A DNA stretch of 64,000 nucleotides, from assembly GCA_965153455.1 (NCBI GenBank), contig OZ234494.1:7812001-7876000 (forward strand), in the 5' to 3' direction. The position numbers and the translations under genes were made by a program. Under the pieces are notes generated by a model. It did no database searches. It saw only the letters and a list, made by a program, of their open reading frames with translations, and was not told where the DNA came from. Every line of letters starts with the position of its first letter. Positions within the stretch are counted from its first letter, which is position 1. Positions 36,043-60,297 of the stretch are shown piece by piece. The stretch comes from Sphagnum compactum. Its lineage: Eukaryota.

Positions 36043-38834
36043 ATGGCCGGGGTACAACACCAGCAGGAGGATATCCCGTTACGCATGGAAGTCGTCGGGC
36101 TTTCTGATGATGCCGGCCATAACCTGAAGTTGAATCAAGCCACGTTCTTCCGTTGTGTAGAAGACGACAACGCTCACACTCTCCAGGCGATTCTCAGGAA
36201 CCGTAAGGTTGACGTGAATGCTTACAATGATGAGGTAAGACGGAAAATTTTCATCAATTGTGTGTTGAGAGCGTGTGTTTGTTTGTTTTCTCTCTACTTA
36301 TGTTAGATCGAATGTTGTTGCGACCAGTCGCTCGGAATTTTCCAGTTCTTAGAAACAGGCCCGCGCATCTTTCTACAAGAATCGAGATTCTCTACTTTGT
36401 TCTCTGGAAGCCAAGAAGATCTCTCATTCTGTAAATAATTGGAAGTTCTTCTTTCTCTTATCGATTTTGTCGTGTACTTGTTGGATTTGCGATCTGTTCA
36501 AATATGCGCGTACAGATGATGCTTGGGGGGCGAGTGTAATGAAGAGCCAATATCAGATACTGTTCCCTTCCGGGTGACGGCTATGCTAAAGAAACCTAAG
36601 GAAGTCACTGGGGAGTTTCTGAGTGAATCTTATGTTAGTATTTGTGGCCATCGTTTAAGAGAAAGGAGAGAGATTAACATCCAGCTGATGCTTGAGAAAG
36701 GCAAATGGACGACAACAACAGCAGGGCAGGAATTAGGAGGATTGCGTGATCTTACTTACCTGAGGTTATTGTAGGTCTTTGCAAACTGTTGCCTGAGCCA
36801 TGTTCTAGGGAGAGAAAGACTTAATCAGCCTGGGTGAATTGGGAGGGAGGCCAGAGATTAACGACAGTTCTGGTATGCAGGGTGTGACAGCCCTGCATTT
36901 GGCCGTGTACAAGTACGAGAACAGCCGAAGTTTGGAGATAACAAAGATATTGCTTGAGAATGGCGCTAATGTGTCCATTAAAGCAGCAGTTCCACCATCA
37001 GCACACAAGATCTCAATTGTCCGCAAGGACAAGAAGTCACCTCATGGAGAGATTCTGTTGGAAACCAGGAGAATTACTCTTGGCCAAAAGACTGCACTGC
37101 TCCTAGCATTGGAGTTGAAATCATCTCTCTATCTCCGGGGTATTTGACAAACTCCTTTATTCCCTCCAGATGCATCTGGTTCCAATCTTTGAGCGTGCTG
37201 GAAACTATGACTTGCTAATTCAAACAGTCAATTTGAGCACATTAGCTGGCTCCCTCAGGAAGTAAAGAGAACTGAATGGATTTCTGATGTGTGCAGTTAT
37301 TGCAAGAACCTTAGTTTTATGATGATCTCTGCCCAAGTGATCCAGATGGGATCATACTATTCAGATTATCTGGAGAATTTTAGGTTTTTGCTGCCGGCCT
37401 TTTCAGGTAGGTGATTCTTATATTTGGTTTGCAATGTATGGTGCTGTAATGAATGGTTGAGCCTCTTACATTTGAGCAGGCTGGGAGTATCGGCATTGGG
37501 ATGACATGCTCAACCTGCTTGCTGGAGCAACCATCGATCACTACCATGAAAAGAAGGAATCTGCCTCACCAAGACCACTTGCTGCTGTCCAGCAGAACTG
37601 GGCAAAGGTGTTTGAAAGTGGAAAGCATGAGTTGGTTGAAGTCTGGGCAGAGGGAAAAAGCATCACTGTGCTCAAGCTCCTCCTATCTGGGGCATCAAAG
37701 GTACGTCTGATTCTTGTCCATGTATCCCTCTCAGTTTTCCAAGTCTATAATTGCAAATGGGGGATGACTCAGAAAAAATCTGAAAATACTATTGGATCAA
37801 ATTAAGAAGTGAGTTGCTTCAGTTTGGGCATATTTTGTACAGTTTTTTCCTTTGTTAGTTTTGACTGGAGAGTCTGCTTTGAGGTGTACATCTTCTTGGC
37901 TGCTGATTATAGTTGCATTTTGCATCTGACATTTGTGTTTTAGTGGTGTCTTCTTATCAAAGATCTACACCTTCCAGTGCAGGTTTAGGCTCTTTTTTAA
38001 TGCATTATTGCAGAAAATACTGTCAGTACAAAAATGCCTGGTTCATATCAACTAAGTGTCAGTTGAATCAGTTGACACATAGCTCCTGTTGTGTAAGCTA
38101 GATATGTGAGGATGTTAATGTTTTTTGTATCATTATTTACAGGTCCTAAAGTTGAATCTTGAGAGTGCAGCAGCATCATATTCTTCTCGATTAGATCTTA
38201 ATGAAGCATCCTTCAATGTGGTGAAAGCTATGCTTGCCTTTCTCTACACTGGTGAGGTTGATCATCAGTTCATGGAGCAGAGGGGTCTTGATCTTCTACT
38301 TGCAGCTCACAAGGTAAGAATATATCACCTGCATGCAGATGTAGCTCAGGGCAGCAGTATTTTGATATATTTTGTGAGTCACAAACCTTGACATCATTGG
38401 TTTGAGTGAGTTGGGCTCTTCTGTTTCCAGAGCCCCATTCACTTTTGAGGGATGCCGTACAAGATGTGAAGTGTTGATGCTGTAACATCTGTGGTTTTTG
38501 CAGTATGGCATAAAGAGCTTGCTCTTACTTTGTGAGGACTCAATCCAGGCTACACAAGGTAATCCGTATTATAGCACCAATCCTTTTAGTGGTTTTAAGT
38601 TGCTTATGTTTTGATTGGAAGCCTGACGCAGTGTGCCTATGATCCAACATTCTTTCAGATAATTGGATAAAGCTATTGTCAGTGGCGTTGGAGTGCAACT
38701 CAGATAACCTGATATTGAAGTGTGCAAAGTCAATTAAGGGAGTAATGGACAAGCGACACGAATCTTCCCATGTTCTCAGGAAAAGCTTCTCAGATTGCCA
38801 AAACAGCCCGAACCAGCTATTTTCTTACTCATAA
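36043..38834 (+). CDS. Ankyrin-repeat plus BTB/POZ protein, ~357 aa
   Basis: Exons 36043-36234, 36881-37139, 37480-37700, 38143-38313, 38504-38558, 38659-38834 (1074 nt, GT-AG, in frame). Ankyrin: VDVNAYNDEGVTALHLAV..ITKILLENGANV, GQKTALLLA. BTB: LLLSGASKVLK..LDLNEASFNVVKAMLAFLYTGEV..LLLAAHKYGIKSLLLLCED. Confidence 0.9.
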
Positions 38835-39989
38835 CCAAATTTCTTGGTTCAGCTGTTGCAACAACTATGACCTGTTTATTGCTATAGGTGCAATCAATGT
38901 TGCTAACGAGCAGAGCATTGAGCAGTCTCTATTCCATGGTTCATAGATCTCTGGCAACTATGGATCATGTTCAAAACCAGAGGTGAATGGAGTGTGCAGA
39001 ATGAAAGGTATGCTACTACTAATTAGCATGGTTTACTGTTGAGAGCCACAGATGTATAGTAAGGTTGCAGACTCTATAGCTGAGGTCGACCTCAAAAAAC
39101 TTGGTTGAAACCATTGATATATATACCGTTGCACGTATATATATATATAATTCACTTTTCAGAAACATTTTAACTTAACACAGCGAAAATTGTCTTGAAT
39201 CTGTGGAAAATAAATTATGGATATGGATTAATTCCTAAATTGCTTAAATTGGTTAACTAGGGTGGATCCCACTGTTCTTTCATTTTGTGAGGAAGAATTG
39301 CATTGTGTTGTAATATATATGGACCCTCTTGTAGGATGCTATTGGCTGGTGCAGCAAAAATGTGTGATGAACATAGTTAGCAACATAAAAGTGCTGGCAG
39401 CCAATGAGATGAGGGAGCAGACAACAAAAAGGCCCAATTTTATTTTTTCCCTTTGGGAAGAAGAGGTGGGAAGAGGTTTGGATTTTGATGTTCCTGATGT
39501 GTTGCCACCAAGTTCCCATCAAGTTCTCAATGTGTTCACATCAAGTTCCTAATGTGTTCCCAACTTTTTCTCCAAGTTCCCAACGTGTTCCTCAAGACGG
39601 TGTCAATAGCCACCACACGTTAGCCCATAACCTTTGGCCTAAAAAGTTGAACTCTCTTATTTTATATATAAATGGGCCCAAGGGAAGGAAAGCATATCTT
39701 TAATTTTATTATCGGAGTGCAAAATATTATTGTGCTGGAATGTTCAAAGTTCGGTAATCAATCATTTTGTGATGGGCCAATTAAAGTGACTTGCAAAAAA
39801 GAAATTTGAGCTTTAGGATGCACCTAACTCCCAACTAATTAATAGAAACCGACAATAGGTATTGTTCATTGTAATAGTCACCACATTTGCACAATTTGAA
39901 GCAAGCTTGCCTTATTGTACATTTGTACTTGTACAATTGAGTTAAAAGAGGGTTATTTTGGGTCTACAGTTCATTGGAATAATTTGATT

Positions 39990-41700
39990 TAGATTTTAGA
40001 CAGAACAGAGTCCATCATGGAGAAAACTATACATGGAATCCAACGCATTGTTCTTCATTAGAGTGAATGTGACAATGTAAAGAATGCCATGGATTTGGAT
40101 TTTGAGATCCTTAACAAGGCCTGCTAGTTTCGTGATGGTTTAATAAGTCATCCTTAGTGTATATGGTGTTGGTTTAAGACTTGGGTAACTTTTAACCAGT
40201 TTCTAAGTTCCTTCATCGTGATGTTGACTCTAGATCCTTCATCCAATAGGACATCTTTGATAATGTTTTTACCGAACATGGACATGTATCACAACGACAT
40301 ATCCATAGCCATCAAGCTTAAGGTTTGGTTTTAATGGAATAACAGTCTTCTTAGCAAGACACTATTTAGCAATAATGTATTGTTTTAAATCAAGTCCAAA
40401 TTTGAACAACTAACCCAAGGTAAGCATGTGTTTGCTATCCAATAATTGCTACCTTATTTCTTCAAAAATCGAAAAATTTCTTGTAGCCTCGATTTTTAGT
40501 ACTACCAAATTAGGATTTTCAGTGATAGTGCAAAAAATTTTGATTCTAAGTGTTCTGATAATATCTTGGATACTCATTCCACTTTTCATAGAAGATGGAA
40601 GTTCTAACGGAGGTTATTTGTGTTACATGTTTTAGATAGTTGTTTCAAATGATTGTTGAAATTTTTCCTCCTGCCATTTGGCAAGGCTTTTATTCTTTCA
40701 AAATTCCTTTTCCTTGAATACCACATTTTTCGATATCTAATTATAGGTAGTCACTACCAAAACCATATTCATAACAACATTTGTTGTTTTTTCCCTAAAC
40801 AGTACATGGGTAGTCTCTTTATGTGAGTAGTCATAAATCTTATGATCCATTGAATTGTAGATGAAACACCAATGTATGATGGGATTGGATTTATTCCCAT
40901 TTCCCTTATTCCTTTTGTTGCCAAATTTATTTCCAGTATTTCCATTAGATTGCATTGAAACTCCTATCACTAAAACCTTTTTTTGTCCTTTAGCTTGTTG
41001 TTTGGGTTTTTTGGATTCTAATAACAACACTCCTTAAGATGTCCCAGTTTGTTGCATTGTCCACATATCACATCTGCCCACTTGCCATAACTAGTTTTTT
41101 CTGGTTTAATAGGTGGTTCCAACAATTTCCTATATTCATTTGCATCTCCCATGTTTTTTCAGAAGCGACTGCAATTTCCTTGTGTTCAAACAAGGTGTCC
41201 CTCTTCATTCTCATTATGGTTATCCAAGGAGAAGGCTACAAACCTATTTGAAAGAAAGTGGTTAGCAAATTGTCGTTTGCCCTATGATGAAAGTAGTTTG
41301 CTCATTTTAATATATGCTCAAAATATATTTCAACCTTCTTATTGCCCCCTTGCTTTATCACTCACAAAGCCATGTGCACTTGTTTGTTTGTCTATACCTT
41401 TCAGTAATGCTCGTAAAATGCCGTTTCTAATTCTTCAAATTTGTAGATGAATGAACTTCGCATAAATTTTTTGCCCCACGTCGATATTGCATTGCAAAAG
41501 GTAAAACAAAACAAATGTATAATGTTGCATCATTCCTTTCCCCATTAGCTTGAATGGCCTTGCAAAACACTCATACATGAACCTTGGGGTCCATCCTTGA
41601 TGCGTAAATTGGGTAAGGTAAGGTATTGGGTAAAGTATTATTGGTATGCCATTTCCTCCTAAAGGTCCATCATTGCCAACATTAAGAGGTTTGTTGTTGT
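39990..41700 (-). mobile_element. Heavily decayed Ty3/gypsy gag-protease remnant
   Basis: Minus-strand fragments: gag-like MDPKVHV*VFCKAIQANGE; degenerate knuckle CFIYNSMDHKIYDY; protease-like KDVLLDEGSRVNI..LKPTPYTLRM..GLVKDLKIQIHGI. No LTRs located; boundaries approximate. Confidence 0.7.
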
Positions 41701-44700
41701 CATCAAAGGACCACCACCACCTCCAATTAAGGATGGTTTTGTGTTTTTTATGAAAGGGCGTGAGAAACTTACCAAGGACACATAAATGATTATTTAGGTT
41801 GTCAAATGCAAGTGCTAATTCTTTATGTCTCTCTTGTATTTAGGGTGTCATTTTGAGATGTCCACAATAACATTATGTGTAAAATGAAGCTAATTGCTAA
41901 TTTTGCAACTTGTAAACTTTGGATAAATCATTTTTGTGGAGAACTGGATACAAGTTTGAATAATCAAAATACTTGGAAAAGTTTAATTTAACGGGCAATG
42001 AATTAGACCTTAGAAGTTGAAGCATCAAACATTGTTGAATATGGACCTTAATAGTTACTCTAATTTATATCCAAACTTTGTTCATGGTGAAAACTCAAAA
42101 TAATAATGTTCTATAGTTGGACATTTTGCTTACTTTTATGACTTGCATTATTTTTTATGGATGTGGTTACTATGTGATTTATCTGTTAAGGTGAAATTTT
42201 GTTTGGTCTTTTTTAGGCCTTGTGTATGTTGAAGATCCACACCCATCTAGATCACAGTAGATAAGGAGATTTTTATTATCATATGTAGATCTATGTTTGT
42301 TGTCATAATTTTTCATTGAAAGGTTAATTTATGTGACTTTTGTGTTTTGTATAAGTACAACAGAGTAGGGCCTTTGTGGTGTTTTTTATTAACTACGCAG
42401 TTGCCTGCATCACAAACTTAACATGCTTCATAAGTTCATACAAATATCACATGAGTTTCATGCTATGGTTAATATGAATGATATTTATACGTATTCAATA
42501 TTTTAAATATTCAAATGGATGAAACAATGTTTTTGAATGACATACGTGAATGTTCATGTTTAATACACAAAAATCACATAGTTTTATGCAAAATTACATT
42601 ACGACAATTATGCAAATTTAGTTAAAATGTAAATCATATGTACTTCATATCAAAACATCATAAATAGAAAAGGCACATCATTTATATAAAAATAATATAT
42701 AATTTTTCGTGCCAATTTTACACTTTAAAACTCACAAAATTTGCACAGATATATTGCTTTATGATTTTCACACATATTTTATTGAAATTTTGTGATATTA
42801 GAAGTTTTTGATGTGTTGTCTATTGTAGTATTGAATAATTTGCTTGCACTAATGTAGATGAAGTTGAGAAATGGGTTTATCCTTTCCAAAATGTAATAGA
42901 AAAGGTAATTTGGTAATCTTGGCCTTCTTAGTTGATTTATTGGAAATACAATACATTCTTTTGACTAATCTTTTCAATGAATTTGCAATTATGAAATTAC
43001 CCAAAATTCATAATCCTAAAGAAATCAAGTACCATGAATATGGTTCTTATGAATATGCCATGTCCATATATCTAGATCTTATATGAAATCTTAGGTAAAC
43101 ACAATATTTTATACATTAAATGATTTGAAACATAAAATAAATGTCACATAATCTAAAACAATTATAACATAATCATTATTTTGAATGTCCCATGTCGTTT
43201 TGAAACAATTTGAAATTTAAAATATTGTATGTTTTTTTAGTGTGTTTAATATGTTCTTATCATTTCATATTTTTTAACATCAACTTACTTTTGTTATATG
43301 AGTCTTTTGAAAATCCATTGTAAAAATGTCCTTTTCTAATCATATAAATTTTCATTTTCAAAAGTCTTTGATTAAACCAATTTAATTAAAATTTGATCAA
43401 ATGGATTGTTAATTTGAATCTTTTGATACTCATATGTGTTAAAAAAGAAAAATGTGCCATAATTACCATGGTTCAAATGGAAAATTTAAATAAATAAAAT
43501 TAATTTTTACAATAATTTTTGACATCTGTCATTTTTTTGGGCTCCTTTGAATGTGTTTTGACTCAAATGTCTTGCACTCTTACAAAAAATGACATGAAAC
43601 TTAACACAAATGTTCCACATCCCTAAAACAAATGTCTTGCACCTTTAAGACATGTTCCACACCTTTAAGACAAATGTCTTAAATGTTTAAAACAATGACT
43701 TTGGGTTAAATTGTAATAATCCCAAGCCATTGGACCAAGTATTTTTGTGTATTTGATATTAATACACATTTAAAATAATAATAATACACATATTTTGGCT
43801 TAATGTTAGACTTTAAGTAGAAAGGGTTAATCCCAAAGACAAACTTAATTTTGCATATGCATACTGGCTTAAGGTTGGAATTTTTTTGGGCACTTTGGCC
43901 TAGGATTACAAAATTTTCAGCATTTTGGCCTATATGGTTGAAGCATTTCTTAACAATTTGGCTTGAGGTTAGAGTCGTGTACTAATATGGCTTTTTCATA
44001 TATTCCATATTGAACTTCAAGATGAGTTAGCATAGGTTTTTGCAATGAGGTCTTAAACTTCTTGAACATAGGGTCAAATTAACTAAGGCTTCTTGGACAT
44101 GGGCACATGCCTCTTGAAAATAATGAGGCTTCTTGGATTGGGGCTCGGCTTCTTGTACTAGGGTTGAGCTAGGCCAAAACTTAAGAATCAACCTTTAAAA
44201 AAAAAAATGAAAAACACCCAAACAAAGATAAAACTATCTAAAATATATACATATTGAATGACAAACTACAATACATGAAATTGCCAATGACCCAAGGTTA
44301 GATACAACAAACAATTGTAGTACCCAAGGTCAATTGGGACGATTACTAAAACCCATGTTGTGTGAACAACCATGTGTAAAAACAAGTACAAATTTGAGCT
44401 TACCTAACTTATTTCTTAGCCTACAAGTCATTATTTCATGAATATTCAAAGTTCTCAAATTTGACTAAAGATATTAGAAAGTTCGTGTATCAAACAAACA
44501 TGGGTAGGCCAAGCCTTACCACAAGCTGGGCATTTTTATGCTATTCCATTTGAAAACATACATAATAAGGGAGAAATCTTATGCCAACTTATATGAGGGT
44601 ACATAACCTTATTATTTAACTTTGAATTAAGGATTATTATTATGCTTCCCTACGAGTAGATGTAAGATCCCGCCCACTCATAAAGAGTATGTGTAATATC

Positions 44701-44857
44701 CCTCTTTTTTAAGGTGGGGTATTCCGGGTTATAAGATGCCCTCCAAAATACACTAGGAATTTTTTCTGAATGCTTTTATAGTTATCTAAATTAAACTCCA
44801 AATGAAGGGAAAAAATAACCTACAAAGTACAAGTAATATTCTAGATGCCACTCAAAT

Positions 44858-45135
44858 CACTATTACAAAATGTGGGTGCAATTCACTAGTTCCTGTTTAC
44901 TAGACCAGTGAATTCATTGCTTTTTCACTGGTCCCCGTTCACTATAACCAATGAATTCACTCAAAATCTAATGAAATTACTTGACGTACAAAGACCCCGT
45001 TCACTATAACCAATGAATTCACTCAAAATCTAATGAAATCACTTGACGTACAAAGACCCCGTTCACTATAACCAATGAATTCACTCAAAATCTAATGAAA
45101 TCACTTGGCATACAAAGACACCATTTGTTGTAGTG
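44858..45135. mobile_element. 278-bp CACTA-type miniature element with internal 62-bp triplication
   Basis: Starts CACTA (44858), ends TAGTG (45135), flanked by AAT on both sides (3-bp TSD). Imperfect TIRs CACTATTACAAAATG / CACTACAACAAATG. 62-bp units start at 44933, 44995, 45057. Confidence 0.8.
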
Positions 45136-45149
45136 AATTGGTTTCAAAC

Positions 45150-45320
45150 TCAAGCTAAAACTGTACCTTACCCTAGTAGTTCTTCCAAGAGTTGAGTTGA
45201 GTTCAGGTAGCTCCTAAAACCCTAGTAGTTGCGCCCAGTTCAAGAATTGCTGAAAAGCTAAAACCCTAGTAGTTCTGCCCAGTTCAATGAGTGTGCTGAA
45301 AGCTAAAAAACCCTAGTTCT
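45150..45320 (+). promoter_or_regulatory. Tandem units each carrying a telo-box-like ACCCTAG motif upstream of gyrA
   Basis: AAGCTAAAACCCTAGTAGTTCT-like unit seen 4 times (about 45170, 45217, 45261, 45308). Regulatory role is inferred only. Confidence 0.45.
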
Positions 45321-45770
45321 ACTGCTGACCAAAGGTCCTGTTGACCCTATTACCGTGCCCTAAAATGCACATACCCCGCCTTTTCTTGCATGTTTTTTTT
45401 ATGTAAATTCCTGTTGCAGGATTGGATCCCCGAAGCCAGCCCGGAATCCTTTCCGAAGTGTGTGTGTGCGTGTGTGTGTGTGTTTCTGACTGATGGGTTT
45501 TGTTTTTTTTTGTTTGTGAATTGTTTGCTGTTTTGCGTACATTTCTGAGGTAGGTGTTTTGAATCCGTTTTTGTTGCATTTGCAGCTTTTTTGCGGGGTT
45601 GGTGGGTTTTGGTGGGTGGGGGAGTGAATTTCTATGCTGCATTGTGTTTGTTGTTGGAGCCTTTTCTTTTGGGTTTGAACTAGAAAAGATTTGCTCCGGA
45701 GGAGCGGAAGAGGCAGAAGAAGAAGCTAAATTTCAGACTCTTTTTGGAGAGTGTGGAAAACGGTTCAAGG

Positions 45771-45815
<45 letters not shown>

Positions 45816-45878
45816 CGAGTGATGATAGAAGGTGGAGTGGAGGATACAGGGCAGGTGAAGAAGAGACAAGGATGAAAC

Positions 45879-55575
<9,697 letters not shown>

Positions 55576-58500
55576 TGCTGAAAGGAGTGAAAGATGTTTT
55601 TACTTCTTTGAAGTTCATCATAAGACACAAAATGCTAGCAGAATTTTCCCACAGTTAGTTTTGTTGAAGCCAAGACCCAACCATGTTCCTGATTCCTTTT
55701 GGCCAAATACATCAAATTTAGATGCACCCAGAAGAGGTCACATTTTTAGGATCACTGAAAAGCATTTAGTGAATCCTGTACTTTGTTGATGTTTGTGAGG
55801 ATGAGCCCTCTATTCTTCAAATATTAAACAATAAGTTACATCAGTTTATTCCTGGCATCTGGATTAAGGGTTCCTTGTAGCAAACATTTGGAAAGTCAGA
55901 CATGGGCTTTGTGCAAATACTACACAACTGGAACATTCTTTTCCGGATTGCTCATTGGTTCATTGTTCTCAAAAAATCATGTTTGTGTAAAGTTCTCCAT
56001 GTTTTCTTCTCTCCTTTCTTCACTTTTCCTTTGGTTCTTTTTGGTTTTTGCTGGTTTTTGTTTCTCTTTTCTCTTGATTTTGTTGGTTATCTCCTTCTCT
56101 TTTTATGTTTTGATGACCTACCCAGAGTCATGGGTGAAGTCTTCCTTCACTGCTGGGAAGCTGATGAAGCCAGTAGGGTCACTACGGTACAGCAAGACAG
56201 TATCCATACACACAAACCCCCTCCATTTGCCTCTTTTTATGTTACAGGTTGTTGAATTTTTGTGCTTCTTTTGTTGAAAGTCTTGTGTCATGGTTAACAA
56301 CTTTTAAATTATGGCTATCAAGGTTCTCCTGTATAACTTTAGTTCCTTTGAGGGAGCCAGTCTATAGCTAATTGTTGGAGATGGTCAGGATTGCATTTTG
56401 TTGATTTTTGTATGTTATGTTTTTGTTGAGTCCCCTCTGTCTTGTATCACATGACTAATAAGGCATTTAAGGTTCTCTTGTGTGTCATGTCTTTGGGATG
56501 CTTTTAGTGTTAGCTCCTTTTAGAGTTAATTCTATTGCAATACCTAGACCTGTAAGTGTTGGAAGTATTGTCCTATTTCAAAAGGGACTTGAATGCGTTT
56601 GCTTCAATGTTGTTTGTGTTTTTTCCCAAATTCATGTTCTTTCATCTCTTGTTGGGTTTCAAGATCTTCCAAATTTCAATCAGCCTTTTAATGTGAAAGG
56701 TGGAGTTCTAGTTTGTGTTATTCAAATGTGTTTGTTGGGTTCGTAAGTTTGTCTTATTCAATTGAGTTTTTCGGGTTTGAAACTTGTGCTCTCTGTAAGT
56801 GCACTGTGATCTCTGTGCGGTAATGAGCAACACCTTTTGAGGCGTTTCTTATGTTTTGTCAGATTAAGAGGTTACAAACACCATTAATGCAGTTCCTGTC
56901 TCCAGAAGTAGGAGAAATCCGGCCTAAGTTTGTCAATGTTTAGAGATTATTTCAAGACCTAATTCAGTTTTTTACTATTTTGCAAGTACTAAGTTTAGAA
57001 TATCCTTTCTAATTAGGTTGTCTAGTTAGGAAGCTATTTGAAACAAGAAGTAACCAATTTCTTGATGGGCAAAAAATGAGATTGAATGAATTATGATTTA
57101 GATCTTATGATTTTTTAGGGTTTAGGGTTTTTAGGATCTAAATTTAGATTTTGGAAAACTTGACTTCACAAAAAGTGCCTTCAAGAGACGGAATTTTATT
57201 GCAAACTAAAGCGATATGATGTTTCTTAAACACGAAACACACAAGTCACTACTACATTTAACCATATAGATATTAACAAACAAAAAATTGTTTGAATCTT
57301 TGAAGGTGTGTGGATTCAACACAAGTGAAAGAATGAAAGAGGAAAAACAACTTTCAACTTGTAATACTATTTTACCAACATGATGATCACTAATTGTTTC
57401 TCAAGCTTCACCCACTAACATGGAAAATAGGACAATAAAAGGTTGAGAGTTTTCAAATTTTCATGTGCACGGGCAATGACCTTTGGATTGTGAAGTTGCA
57501 AAAACATTTGATGTGCATTTCCAAAATAGTTAGAATCCGAAAAACTCTAGCGGGAATAATTGAAGATCTAGTACTACTTACAAATATTTGCCCCTTTAAT
57601 TGAAGCTCATTGAGCTCAAAGCTTTTGATTGAAAATTCATTTGTACCAACCAAGCTTTTAGAACTAATGTAATTCCATAACATAAAACCCCACTCTTCTT
57701 CACTTGGGAATTTAGCACTTACATGATCTCAAAGGCTATGCTCTCGAATACATGCACGGAAGTGTGACAAAAGTGGGTTGTGTTAAAAAAGGGGTAAGTG
57801 AGGTGAGGGGGAAGTGGTGTTCCCACTTTGTGCCTATTATGTCTTACTCTCTTTCATCTTCATGTTATGTTTTATTGAGACATACCTTTTTGTATACATA
57901 CTTTGGATTTCAAAAGAAAAAATGAATATACATTTAGTATTGTTTGTCTCTTTTCCTTGGTGGATTTTTTTTACCCCCCTCTACAATTATTTTGGTTGTT
58001 GATCTTGAGGGGGGGGGGGAGGGGAGATGGGGGGAATCCCACAACAAAAGTAGCCCACCAACATTTGTTGCTTTTGTTGCGGGGCCAAAATTTGTTACTT
58101 TGATTTTGTTTGGATTTCTTTTAAATAATAATTCACAATTTGTGATCACATGCAATAAATATTCTGTAAAAGTGTAGACATTAAAAGCAGTTTTTTTTTG
58201 TGCATGGATGGATTTTAAAAAGGGACTAGCTTGTCATTTGACTATAATATTTGTGCAATTTTACATACCATGTTTTTATAGGTAATCATAAACCTGGGCA
58301 CAATAATACACCTCTTTTTTTAAATGCATGCCAAACCTAGATTAGCCAACTTATTAGTTAGTTAGAGTAATTCATTGATTGTAGGTAGGTTGGTATAATA
58401 ATATGATTTGTAATATCATAGTCACATGTCATGTTTGTTATGTAATAGAATTTGCAAAATGTCCACAATAAACAAACTTTCCACTCTTCTACAACACAAA

Positions 58501-59559
58501 TTGCTAAAATAATAACAAAGTTTAGACAAACCCAAATAGTGAATACTCCAAATTTCACCTCCCATTTGCATCTAATTCAATCACATCCAATTTCCTCCAA
58601 AGAATGCCACTTCCATGTGTATAACTAACTAAATCTAACTAAATTAGTTAAATTAGACATTTTTGGAGCTTCTGATTGGCCTCCCCTTGTCTCTTGCGAT
58701 GCAAAACTTCTCGCACTCTTTTTTCATCCATTTATGAGAAGGCTAAGAAATTTCTCATCCAGTTATAAAAAGATTATGAAACTCTTCATCTGTGCACAAT
58801 TTGTGTGGAGAGGGAGGGGGTCTACCATTGGGTGGCCCCCCCCTCCTCTCCATAAAAATGCTATCTAGTCCAGAGCATAATACATGGTTTACAGTCACAA
58901 ATAATGTACTACGAAGGACTTTACAAACCCTAAAACCCTAAACCCTAAACCTTTGTGCGAAGGGCTTTGTACAAAGGTTTCACTAAGCACTCCACATGCA
59001 AGTTTTCTTGGGCCCACTATTGTGTGTTCCATATTCCAAACTTCTTCCATACAAATTTCTTAGGTTGTATGTAATAAGAGAGATCCTTTTTTTTTTTTTG
59101 CTGTACTTCAATAATTGTTGTAATTTAAAACACGAAAAAAGACGCGTTCCATACCTCCTTTATCATTCATTGTTACAAAGAAAGGTAACATTCACTCTTT
59201 CCAGCTACAATAAGAGTACATTAAATAAGCTCCCCTTCCAATATTTTCCTTGCAACAAAATTATCCCAAAGTCCCCACTAAAAGGGACCATCATCACCCC
59301 CCTCTCCTTCTAGACCTCCTTCATCCATAGTTGCCAATTATGGGAATACCATTTGCTCAGGGAATAATACCATTCTCTCTTTTCTTTTGACTTTGTTTAC
59401 CTCTTTGAACCTTGAGGGGGGGGAGCCCTTTCAAAATTCAAGGTACCCTCTAAAACTTTTGGAACATATAATGAGAGCAAATTGCAAGGTTTGGAGTTTC
59501 AATTTCATGTTTTCTTTGTATTTATACTTTCCGAATGTTGTGTGGAATTTGAAGCCATC

Positions 59560-60207
59560 ATAATGGAATGTGAGTTCATCCATAAAAATTTGTAAAATCT
59601 TAGGATGAAATAAAGTTCATGCAAGAAATGTAGTTAGTTTATACTTTCATTTCATCCATAAAGTGTATAGTTTATTCACTTTTCTTTGTGTATTAAAATC
59701 ATCCGAGTTCCATGGATATTCATCCATAAAATATAATTCTTGGATTTTCCAACGGATGAAGTTCCATTGATGAAGATGGACAAAATCAGTTTGTTTTTGA
59801 TTTGTAGTTATGAGATCCACTGAACCAGGATGCTTCATATTGTGTTCTTGGTGTCTTTGGAAAGCTCTTGAGGAGGAGGGGTGCATGGGCTTGCTTGGTT
59901 CCATGACGTTTGGACTTGCGGTGCAAAAGTTCTTGAATATTGAATGATTTCTTCACTGAAAATTAAATTAAATTGTAGCAGAAAATTTCAGAGGAATTGG
60001 AATGTGCCTTTGATATTGTTGGAAAGATCTTGATGATTTAATGGAATTTATTTGGTAAGACTTGGATTCAGAATGTGGGAGATATTGATTTTTTTAAGTG
60101 ATTTCTGCCACTAAAAATTCAAAATAAATTCCAAAAAACCAGGTTTTGGAAGGGAAAATCAGTTGAGGACGTGGTAACACTTGGGCCAACAGCACAGGCC
60201 ACACTAG
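59560..60207 (+). mobile_element. Non-autonomous Helitron-like element (5' boundary uncertain)
   Basis: Ends with small hairpin GGCC-aacagcaca-GGCC then acaCTAG|T at 60204-60207. The 5' part has TTCATCCAT/GGATGAA motifs like those near the 5' end of the 2575-3545 element. Confidence 0.55.
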
Positions 60208-60297
60208 TGTATATATATATATATATATATATATAAGAAAGAAAGATAAGAAAGAGACACACTGACATCTCTCTCAAACCACAAGACACTTTTTGTC

